Origin: Dickeya dadantii NCPPB 898
Lineage (GTDB): Bacteria > Pseudomonadota > Gammaproteobacteria > Enterobacterales > Enterobacteriaceae
Reading direction: 5' to 3'
NCBI RefSeq assembly: GCF_000406145.1
Contig: NZ_CM001976.1
Location: 2,350,833-2,382,832 of the forward strand
DNA length: 32,000 nt
The position numbers and the translations under genes were made by a program. This document shows, piece by piece, positions 17,937-25,455 of the stretch. The notes under the pieces were generated by a model. It saw only the letters and a program-made list of their open reading frames with translations. It had not been told where the DNA came from and ran no database searches. Each line of letters begins with the position of its first letter. The first letter of the stretch is position 1.

Positions 17937-18707
17937 ATGGAAAGCAGCAAAAGTCACCAGCAGTCCGTCGAAAAACAGTTTGGCGAGCAAGCCAGCGCCT
18001 ATCTGAGCAGTGCCGTTCACGCGCAGGGAGAGGATTTGGTCGAACTGGCTCGACGTCTGAAGGGTAAGAACCATGTCAGCGTGCTGGATTTGGGCTGCGG
18101 CGCCGGTCATGTCAGCTTTACCGTTGCCAGCCTGGTCGGCAACGTGGTGGCATGCGATTTGTCGCCGCGTATGCTGGATGTCGTCGCCAGCGCCGCGCAG
18201 GAAAAAGGCCTGACCAATATCCGGACGCAACAGGCGATGGCGGAATCCTTGCCGTTTGCTGACGATAGCTTTGACGTGGTGATCAGCCGCTATTCGGCCC
18301 ATCACTGGCAGGATGTCGGGCAAGCCCTGCGGGAAGTGAAAAGGGTGTTGAAACCGGAAGGAGAAGCGATTCTCATGGATGTGATTTCACCTGGGCACCC
18401 GGTGCTGGATGTGTATCTGCAAACCGTAGAAATGCTGCGCGATACTTCACACGTACGTAACTATACGCCGGGTGAATGGCTGACGCTGCTGAGTGAGGCC
18501 GGGCTGACAGTGCGTTCATTGCAAACGTCGCGCCTGCATCTGGAGTTCCAGAGCTGGGTGACGCGCATGCGAACTCCTGAGCATTTTGTCACTGCCATTC
18601 GCGCTCTGCAGCAACAGATGTCTGCCGAAGTCACTCGCCATTATGACATTCGACAGGATGGCTCCTTCACCACCGATATTGCTTTTATCGTCGCCAGCCA
18701 GGGTTAA
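17937..18707 (+). CDS. Class I SAM-dependent methyltransferase (Methyltransf_11 type)
   Basis: 256 aa. Motif I VLDLGCGAGH, then post-I and motif II/III (FDVVISRYSAHHW, LKPEG). Resembles the E. coli YafE / UbiE-like family. Confidence 0.85.
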   Translation: MESSKSHQQSVEKQFGEQASAYLSSAVHAQGEDLVELARRLKGKNHVSVLDLGCGAGHVSFTVASLVGNVVACDLSPRMLDVVASAAQEKGLTNIRTQQAMAESLPFADDSFDVVISRYSAHHWQDVGQALREVKRVLKPEGEAILMDVISPGHPVLDVYLQTVEMLRDTSHVRNYTPGEWLTLLSEAGLTVRSLQTSRLHLEFQSWVTRMRTPEHFVTAIRALQQQMSAEVTRHYDIRQDGSFTTDIAFIVASQG

Positions 18708-18710
18708 GTT

Positions 18711-18731
18711 TATCGCCCCGTCGGGGCGATA
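18711..18731. terminator. GC-rich hairpin between the convergent methyltransferase and gpgS genes
   Basis: TATCGCCCC (18711-18719) pairs with GGGGCGATA (18723-18731) across a 3-nt loop. It occupies most of the 31-bp convergent gap. The flanking U-tracts are poor. Confidence 0.45.
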
Positions 18732-18738
18732 CCTTGAG

Positions 18739-19965
18739 TCAAGCATCGTTCATTTCCTGATTATCTGCCTCAACGGCATCGTACAGCCGCTCCAGAATAT
18801 CAGGGAATGCCGACTGAACCCGGTTCCAGCTGGGTACAAACGGTTTATCACCCGGACTTTCGCTGTAGGCCTGGCCCGACTGGGTAATGACATTGGCAAA
18901 CAGTTCTACTGCCGATTCCTCGGTATGCCGGTCAAAATGCAGGCCGTTCATGCGCGCATCGTGTTCAAACGAATCGATCATATCCAGTGCGGTGCGGTAG
19001 TAGGTGGCGCGCAGCACCCGGAATGAATCGGTAGTGATATTGACGCCCTGAATCGCCAGTTTGCGGTACAGCGCTTTGGTGATGTCCATCGCCATACGCT
19101 GCAACCCGGAGCTGGGGTCGTTTTCTGATATCGGCTGATGTTTGTGATCATAGTTATCGGCAATATCCACCTGGCAGATACGACTGGTCGCCGTTCCCCG
19201 ATGGATTTCCGACAGCATTCCGATTTCCAGCCCCCAGTCGCTCGGGATCCGTAAATTACGCAGTACATGGCTGCGCATGGCGAATTCGCCGGATAGCGGA
19301 TAACGGAAACTGCGCATATAGTCGAGGTAATCCGAATTACCGTAAACGCTTTGCAGCGATTTCAGCAGCGGGAATACCAATAGCCTGCCAACACGACCGT
19401 TCAATTTTCCCTCGGCTACCCGGGCGTAGTAGCCTTTACAAAAGTCGTAATGAAAATAAGGGTTGGCGATCGGGTAGAGCAGGCGTGCCAGCATGGCGCG
19501 GTCATAGGTGACAATGTCACAATCATGCAGCGCAATACACGCGGTACGGCGCGACGCCAGAGTATAACCGACGCAAAACCAGACATTGCGACCTTTTCCC
19601 TGTTCCACCGGCGCCAGTTCCTTGTCTGCCAGTTCCTGGCTGAGCCGGGTCAGTCGAGGTCCGTCATTCCACAAAATGCGGTGCCGCTGTGGGAGACGGG
19701 AAAAGAATTGCCGGGCAAACAGAAACTGATCGCGGTCCGCCCGATCAAGCCCGATGACAATCTCAGATAGATAGGGAACCTGGGCCAGCATATCGACGAT
19801 CTTGTCCAGCGCGGGTCCTTCCAGTTCGGAAAACAGGGAAGGGAGGATCAGCCCCATGCTGCTCTGACCAGAAAACACCTGCAGCTCGTATTCCAGTTCC
19901 TCTACACTGCGTCGGGTAAGATTATGAAAGTTGGTGATAATACCATCCTGATAAAACTCGCTCAT
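18739..19965 (-). CDS. gpgS: Glucosyl-3-phosphoglycerate synthase-like glycosyltransferase (GT81-type GpgS/MpgS family)
   Basis: Start moved to ATG 19965 (MSEFYQDG), with AAGGGGGAG 6 nt upstream; the listed 19986 start is TTG. Motif order matches GpgS: GKGRNVW (compare GKGEALW), HDCDI (DxD), NGRVGRLLVFPLL (compare GGRVTELVARPLL), YPLSGEFA (compare QPLSGEYA), DWGLEIGML (compare GYGVEIGLL). Confidence 0.72.
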   Translation of the reverse strand: MSEFYQDGIITNFHNLTRRSVEELEYELQVFSGQSSMGLILPSLFSELEGPALDKIVDMLAQVPYLSEIVIGLDRADRDQFLFARQFFSRLPQRHRILWNDGPRLTRLSQELADKELAPVEQGKGRNVWFCVGYTLASRRTACIALHDCDIVTYDRAMLARLLYPIANPYFHYDFCKGYYARVAEGKLNGRVGRLLVFPLLKSLQSVYGNSDYLDYMRSFRYPLSGEFAMRSHVLRNLRIPSDWGLEIGMLSEIHRGTATSRICQVDIADNYDHKHQPISENDPSSGLQRMAMDITKALYRKLAIQGVNITTDSFRVLRATYYRTALDMIDSFEHDARMNGLHFDRHTEESAVELFANVITQSGQAYSESPGDKPFVPSWNRVQSAFPDILERLYDAVEADNQEMNDA

Positions 19966-19982
19966 GTTGCGCTCCCCCTTTG

Positions 19983-20816
19983 TCAATCAAGCAGTTCAAC
20001 CCCATAACGGCTGAGAAAGTAGGTTAATCCTTCACTCCAGCCAGCCGGTCCGGTAGCCTGAGTGCGATAAGACTGACCACAATAACCAGGTGACAATGTC
20101 ACTTTATCGCTAACCCGTCCCTTAATGATGACGGCATAGTCGGTTGCCTCCAGCAGTGAAATATCATTCGGTCCATCGCCTAAACCGAGGGTGACTGGCG
20201 AAGCATTACCAGTCGCGTCAATATGCCGCTTCAGCCAGTTCACGGCGGTGCCTTTACTGATGCCTTCATGCATCACGTGGAAAAAGCGGCCGCCCTCGGT
20301 CACCGACAAATGTTTTTGGACCAGACATGCCTTAAACATGTCGAGTGATGCCGCATTTCCTTGCCACAGCACGGGTTCTGACGCGGTGCGCTGGCGAGCC
20401 AGTGCCGCTTGCGACAGCGTTAGTCCGGTAGCTGCCGCCACGGCGGCATCGTCCATATCGGCAAAACCGTGGAACAGGAAACCGTACTGCTCGCGTAACG
20501 TCTGCAACTGCCGGCAAATGTCGGGATAGGTACGGTAAGTTGGCGGCGGCGATGTCGACGAACGCATTTGCCAGGATACCGGTAGCAGAATATGAGCGCC
20601 GTTTTCCGCGATGGCGGGCATGTCGTGCAATGCCAGCGCCTGCTGAATCGGCATAATTTCTGCCGCGGTTTTGCTTGTCGTGATGACTACCGGCACACGG
20701 TGAGACAGTAGCCGTCTCAGCCAAGGGCGAGCCTCATCCCAGCGATAGGTGTCGTGATCCAGCAGTGAACCATCAAGATCAGTAAAAATGACCCATTTTT
20801 TAGCCGATTCAGGCAT
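19983..20816 (-). CDS. gpgP: HAD-IIB phosphatase of the mannosyl/glucosyl-3-phosphoglycerate phosphatase family (YedP-like)
   Basis: 277 aa. FTDLDGSLLD (HAD motif I), TSKT.AE (motif II), LGLGDGPNDISLLE..DYAVI (motifs III/IV), and C-terminal GP.GW.EGL as in E. coli YedP. It lies 17 nt upstream of gpgS, forming an operon. Confidence 0.8.
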   Translation of the reverse strand: MPESAKKWVIFTDLDGSLLDHDTYRWDEARPWLRRLLSHRVPVVITTSKTAAEIMPIQQALALHDMPAIAENGAHILLPVSWQMRSSTSPPPTYRTYPDICRQLQTLREQYGFLFHGFADMDDAAVAAATGLTLSQAALARQRTASEPVLWQGNAASLDMFKACLVQKHLSVTEGGRFFHVMHEGISKGTAVNWLKRHIDATGNASPVTLGLGDGPNDISLLEATDYAVIIKGRVSDKVTLSPGYCGQSYRTQATGPAGWSEGLTYFLSRYGVELLD

Positions 20817-21076
20817 TTCGTCTCCTATAAGCGCTCAACAGGTAGCGATTTATCCAGAGTACGGCACAAGACAAACTGACATGCGGATCGGGCAGGAAAC
20901 GCTATTTGCCTGATTATTCTGATGAAAATGATTTGAGTGCTTTATTAAGCCTATGCGCAGATCACAGTTTTCGCAAATTCATCGCCAAAATGACCGTTGA
21001 AGTAAACTGCTGGTAAAAGATTAGGGCTGAGCATAAGGTAAAAGCTATTGATGGACTCAAGCTAAAGACATTTTCC

Positions 21077-21529
21077 ATGACGATCAAGACGCAAGATCTG
21101 CGGCTAATCACGGCCAGTAAAACCGATTACCGATGGATAGAGGAGTTAAGCAGATCAAATATGATGGATAACTATCGGCGTTATGGCCTGATCTGGAATG
21201 GAGAACGTTACGGTAACTTACTGCATTCACTCGATGTATTGGTTATCTGTTCTCACCAACAGACCGCCGGTTTTGTCAGCCAGCTGATTGATAGCCAGGA
21301 TTCGTTTTGCTTGATAAATGATTTGCAGCTTTACCCACAATGGCAAGAAAAAGGGATTGGGAAATGGGTATTAGAACAAATCGAAGGGCGAGTACAACAG
21401 CAGGGGTTAAAAAGCCTTCGCATTTGTGTCTTTCGGGATAACCCGGCCAAAGGCCTTTACCAGCGTCATGGGTTCAGGCAAGTCAGTGAATCGACGGAGA
21501 TCCTCAGGCTGGAAAAAACATTAAGTTGA
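21077..21529 (+). CDS. GNAT-family N-acetyltransferase
   Basis: 150 aa. Acetyl-CoA motif A, WQEKGIGKWVL (Q/RxxGxG/A), followed by NP.A..LY.R.GF. Confidence 0.8.
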   Translation: MTIKTQDLRLITASKTDYRWIEELSRSNMMDNYRRYGLIWNGERYGNLLHSLDVLVICSHQQTAGFVSQLIDSQDSFCLINDLQLYPQWQEKGIGKWVLEQIEGRVQQQGLKSLRICVFRDNPAKGLYQRHGFRQVSESTEILRLEKTLS

Positions 21530-21569
21530 TTGACCAGCCCGAACGCCAGAACCCGCCTGATCTCATCTT

Positions 21570-21597
21570 GGTTCGCATAATGTATATTATGTTAAAT
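21570..21597 (+). other. dif: dif: XerC/XerD chromosome-dimer resolution site
   Basis: GGTTCGCATAA-TGTATA-TTATGTTAAAT against E. coli dif GGTGCGCATAA-TGTATA-TTATGTTAAAT: 27/28 identical, with the single mismatch in the outer XerC arm. It is intergenic, 10.6 kb from tus/Ter. Confidence 0.92.
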
Positions 21598-21744
21598 TGC
21601 TAACTGACAGCATACGGCTGAACCTCTTAAAAGCCATTAGCCCACTATTTTGACGACTGTCATCACCCCTTCCAGCAGGATCTCTCTTTCTGGATTGCGA
21701 TGTGGAATTCCGCTCCAGTATTTCTGTGCGGCCGCGCGTAGTTC

Positions 21745-22218
21745 CTATAATGAACTTGATTCAGTGCTCAGGTGTCGGCCATCAGCCTCGCAGAGATTAC
21801 CATCCACTTTCACTTCCACAATGCGTGAAGGCCCTGGTTTATTCAGGCGTTTATACCAGTAGTATGCGTCTTCGAGATTGTCAGTTAACCATATACAGCG
21901 TGTTCGGGATGGGTGGTCAGCGAACTGTTCTCGCCGCACGTTCTCAAACTCCATCTCTCTGAGTAGGCGAATATACGTATCAATAACGTTGTGAAAATTA
22001 CTCGCCAGTTCTTCGCTTGAGAAACGTTTAACGTCATGACTACAGAGAAATTCTTTGAGCCTGCGATCTTGCCTGCATACTGGAATCACATGATGAATAT
22101 CACATATTTGCTCATAGTAAGGATTGAAGGACAGGCTGTTGGTACTGATAGTTTGCCCTATTTCAAGGAGTTTCTTACCTGCAGATTGATAGCAAGTGTC
22201 GATGTGGAAATATTGCAT
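21745..22218 (-). CDS. Hypothetical protein; ORF ends at an amber codon followed by 35 more open in-frame codons
   Basis: 157-aa ORF with no confidently recognised family. A FENVRREQFADHPSRTRCIWL segment vaguely recalls DUF2441-type proteins, but this is unverified. TAG at 21745-21747 is followed in frame by ELRAAAQKYWSGIPHRNPEREILLEGVMTVVKIVG, then TAA at 21637-21639. Confidence 0.55.
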   Translation of the reverse strand: MQYFHIDTCYQSAGKKLLEIGQTISTNSLSFNPYYEQICDIHHVIPVCRQDRRLKEFLCSHDVKRFSSEELASNFHNVIDTYIRLLREMEFENVRREQFADHPSRTRCIWLTDNLEDAYYWYKRLNKPGPSRIVEVKVDGNLCEADGRHLSTESSSL

Positions 22219-22291
22219 TCAAAATCTCATGTTGTTTGTATTCCGAGTACTACACTTCACCAGCCAGTATTACACGTCGGGATTCCTAAAA

Positions 22292-23296
22292 TCACACCAC
22301 TCTTCTTAAGTAAGGGACCTTCTTTATCAAAAAAACCGAAGCGATGCAGCACAAGAAAACGATAATGGACAGCAGTGGTATTGAAATGATGGAATAGTCA
22401 ACCCATCGCCTTGCAGCCAGATAGTAAAAAACCTCAATAAAAATAGGATGAATCAAATAAACACCCAGGCTAATATCAGATAAGAATTTTAATTTATCGT
22501 TGTGGGATTTATTCAAGTGGGACAGTTTCAAAATCCACATAAAAGAAACAGACATGAGTATAACATTGAAACTTAAATAGTTATAAAAATAGAGGCCAAC
22601 TTCTTTTCCTGAAAAAGACGATAATAAATAGCAACCTGCAGAAGTCAAAATCAGTGAAATTAAAAACAAAGCAATATAAATAGAAATGGGTTTGGCTGTG
22701 CGTTTTCTGGCGATCAAGTGGCCAAGAATGTAATACGGAATATAATAAATGAACTCACCGATAAACAAGAAATCATCATTTCCGGTAAAAAAATTGTACA
22801 TATCACTTAAGGAGCAACACACAAACATCAGGAAAATAAAAAACAATAGCCTCTCTTCGCTTGTGTTGGTCACTAAAGTTTTAACAAGTGGAGTGAATAC
22901 ATACAGTCCTATTATCATATACAAAAACCACATGTGATAATAAGGCCTTCCATTCATAATATTTTTTAGTATATCCCCTTCCCCTCCGCCATTGAATTTA
23001 GCCTTCCCTATACTCCATAAAATAAAGAAAAAAGACCAAAACAACAACGGAACCAGTATCTTTCCTATCCTTTTCTTGTAAAAACCGGATAGGTTGTCGA
23101 CTTTTTCAGGGGAAAGTAATAGCGCCCCGCTAATCATAATGAAAACCGGAACACACCAGCGAACTAATGAGTCATATAAATTCCCAACCCACCAGGGAAA
23201 AGTCCCAAGATCGGCCAGAGCCACGGTATAAGCAGAGAGATGCAAAACAATAACAGCGAAAGTTGACACGATTCTAGCTATATAGAGCCATTCCAT
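22292..23296 (-). CDS. Acyltransferase-3 (AT3) family membrane O-acyltransferase, Oac/OafA-like, without an SGNH domain
   Basis: 334 aa, about 10 TM helices. The N-terminal IARIVSTFAVIVLHLS (catalytic His region) and RWCVPVFIMISGALLL are typical of Acyl_transf_3. Very AT-rich coding sequence: hand counts of 23/60 and 16/60 G+C in two lines. Confidence 0.85.
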   Translation of the reverse strand: MEWLYIARIVSTFAVIVLHLSAYTVALADLGTFPWWVGNLYDSLVRWCVPVFIMISGALLLSPEKVDNLSGFYKKRIGKILVPLLFWSFFFILWSIGKAKFNGGGEGDILKNIMNGRPYYHMWFLYMIIGLYVFTPLVKTLVTNTSEERLLFFIFLMFVCCSLSDMYNFFTGNDDFLFIGEFIYYIPYYILGHLIARKRTAKPISIYIALFLISLILTSAGCYLLSSFSGKEVGLYFYNYLSFNVILMSVSFMWILKLSHLNKSHNDKLKFLSDISLGVYLIHPIFIEVFYYLAARRWVDYSIISIPLLSIIVFLCCIASVFLIKKVPYLRRVV

Positions 23297-23328
23297 TCTA
23301 TTATGTTCTCTTTGTTATATTTCTTATA

Positions 23329-23356
23329 AAATAATCAACAGTATATTATGTTTTAT
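23329..23356 (+). repeat. Degenerate dif-like site (central region and XerD arm conserved, XerC arm unrecognisable)
   Basis: AAATAATCAAC-AGTATA-TTATGTTTTAT. Central region 5/6, XerD arm 9/11, XerC arm 1/11 against E. coli dif. Same orientation as dif at 21570. Confidence 0.5.
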
Positions 23357-23625
23357 AGATAATAATTAGAATCTATCCCAACTAATAAACGGTCATTGGC
23401 GTAGCCGGCTTATACCTAAATAGCACATTTTAACGGACAAGGGGATTGTCCGGAACAATGGACGAACGTAAGGAGTAACCCGGAATATGTAAAGATATCG
23501 AGGATTACCCAGGTTAAAGAGTGACAATTAAAATAATCCTAACGGGATAATAGCTTAATCATATCACAGTAAAAATAGCATTCCACGCATAAAACACGCT
23601 ATGACATTATAAAAGAAATTTTGCC

Positions 23626-24429
23626 CTAATGGTTTGTGAGCAAGGCGTCATCGATTTCTGGTTGACTACAGCTCAACACTGCCTGACGCAGCCAGTGATG
23701 GGTCGCGTCATTTTCACTGCGGACATGCCATCCTTGCTGATAGGCAAAACGGGAAAGCTTCAGCGGCGGAGTAAACTGGTGCAAGGCGTTGTGCCGCTGT
23801 ATGTGCTCCACCGTCCGGCTGGCAACGGTGAGAATCAGATCGGTGCCGACCAAGAGTTCGGCCGCCGCTCCCCAATGGGGCAACACGACGGCGATTCGCC
23901 GTTCCAGGCCGATTAACGCCAATGCTCTTTCAATTTCATCATTGGAGTCCGGGCGCAGGGCCACCAATATGTGCGGGCGCCGTAACCACTCTTCCAGCGA
24001 TAACCCACCATCGACAGGCAGTGTTGACTTGTCCGCCACACTGATATAACCGTCGGAGAACAGCGTTTGCACCCGAATGTGATCCGGCGCATCCGGGAAC
24101 AATCCCAACGCTAAATCCAGCTCCCCATCCGTCAACTGCACCAACATCGCATCACGGTTAACCTGGCTGACGGCCAGATCCAGACCCGGTGCGAACTCGC
24201 GAACATGTCGCGCCAGCCGGGGTAACACAATGCGCGTCGCGTAGTCCGACATCGCAATCCGGAAACGACCGCGGGCCTGAGACGGATCAAACGCCATCGA
24301 GCCACCCAACAGGCCGTTCAGGCTAGTCAGGGCGTCATGTAACGGCTGCATCAATGCCTTGGCGCGAGCCGTCAGCACCATTTTGCCGCCGCGTCGTACC
24401 AGTAACGGATCCTCGAACCTGCGGGTATT
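23626..24429 (-). pseudogene. LysR-family regulator, 5'-truncated (HTH domain deleted)
   Basis: ORF 23626..24381 encodes only the LTTR linker and effector domain. Reading upstream in frame gives NTRRFEDPLLVRRGGK-MVLTARAKAL (the end of the DNA-binding domain and linker), then non-homologous residues and an in-frame TAA at 24454-24456. About 45 N-terminal residues are missing. Confidence 0.75.
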
Positions 24430-25129
24430 GCATTGCTTCTCATCGTTCGGCGCTTACCTTCTGGCAAGTGGTGGTGGCGTTCTGCCGTGCTTGGTTCCCT
24501 GAGTATGGGGCTGTTCTTCCTTCTACTTTATATCGCTGCCCAGCGATTACCTTCGAGCATTGCCGCCTCCATCGGCGCGCTCAGCCCACTGGTGTTTGCA
24601 GGTGTTGCCTGGTTACTAATGGGCGAGCGTGTCAACGCCCGATTTCTGGGCGGCGCGGCCCTTGGAATTATCGGTATCTTATTGATTGTGGGGGCTAAGG
24701 GGGGAGGCAATCGATGCTGTAGGGGTAGCTGCTTCATTTGGGGCGATTATTCTAATGGCGATTGGTGCCGTACTAGGCAAACGATGGGGTGACGGTACGC
24801 CAGTCCTTGCAACAACGGCATGGCAGCTCATGGCCGGTGGTGTAGAACTACTCATTGTCGCCATTCTGGCAGAAGGTGCCCCGCCTGCAGTTAGTAGCAG
24901 CGAGCTCATCGCCTTCACCTATATCAGTTTGATTTCAACTGCTTTCAGCTATGCTTGCTTGTTCGCCGGGTTTCGGTATTTGGGGGCCGGCACGGTTGGA
25001 CTTGTCGGACTATTAAGCCCAGTTACCGGTGTGCTGATGGGGGTTACTCTTGCCTCGGAATCGCTGACGATGACTCAAAGTTTGGGTATCGGCTTGGTAC
25101 TTTTTAGCATCGTATTAGCGCAAAGTTAG
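24421..25129 (+). pseudogene. EamA/DMT transporter, 5'-truncated and frameshifted
   Basis: Two overlapping ORFs in frames 1 and 2 (24433..24792, 24686..25129) encode the end of the first EamA repeat and the whole second repeat. The first 50-odd residues are absent. Removing one G from the G6 run at 24699-24704 restores ...LLIVGAKGEAIDAVGVAASFG.... Confidence 0.72.
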
Positions 25130-25135
25130 GGTAAT

Positions 25136-25167
25136 GCCAGTCAGTTAAACCGCTGACTGGCTTTTTT
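25136..25167 (+). terminator. Rho-independent terminator after the EamA pseudogene
   Basis: Stem GCCAGTCAG (25136-25144) / CTGACTGGC (25153-25161) with an 8-nt loop, followed by T6 (25162-25167). Confidence 0.82.
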
Positions 25168-25455
25168 ATGCGTCAGCTGATTTTCATGTGCAGGCAGTGA
25201 GCCTGGCGTAAACGATATTCGTATTTATCGTCTATTTTTCAGCATTTGTTATTTTCAAGTTATAACAAAAAGTTAGCCGATGAGTTCCTTTCGCAAGAGA
25301 TAGACATTCGTTGATAACTATATGAGTATACCCGCCCATAACTGGACGGCGTTTTGAACACCGGCAAGAAAGCGATAAATAATGGCCTCTTCCTGACCTC
25401 ATGAATGCTGCATCAATAAATATTTTAATAATTTTGAATTTTCAGGAGACTGGTG

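Larger units (their letters stand above)
21570..23356. mobile_element. Candidate Xer-dependent integrated cassette (IMEX-like dif module) with no recombinase of its own
   Basis: A low-GC block is bracketed in direct orientation by dif (21570-21597) and a degenerate dif-like site (23329-23356). The two share GTATATTATGTT, which is the central region plus the inner XerD arm. Cargo is two minus-strand genes. No integrase or transposase ORF is present. Confidence 0.45.

Noticed and set aside
23301-23307. A third TTATGTT heptamer (inner XerD arm) 5 nt upstream of the acyltransferase start codon.
   Set aside because: The preceding bases (ATTCTA) do not resemble the dif central region and there is no XerC arm. 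A 7-mer in very AT-rich DNA is weak evidence. I mention it only because of the context.
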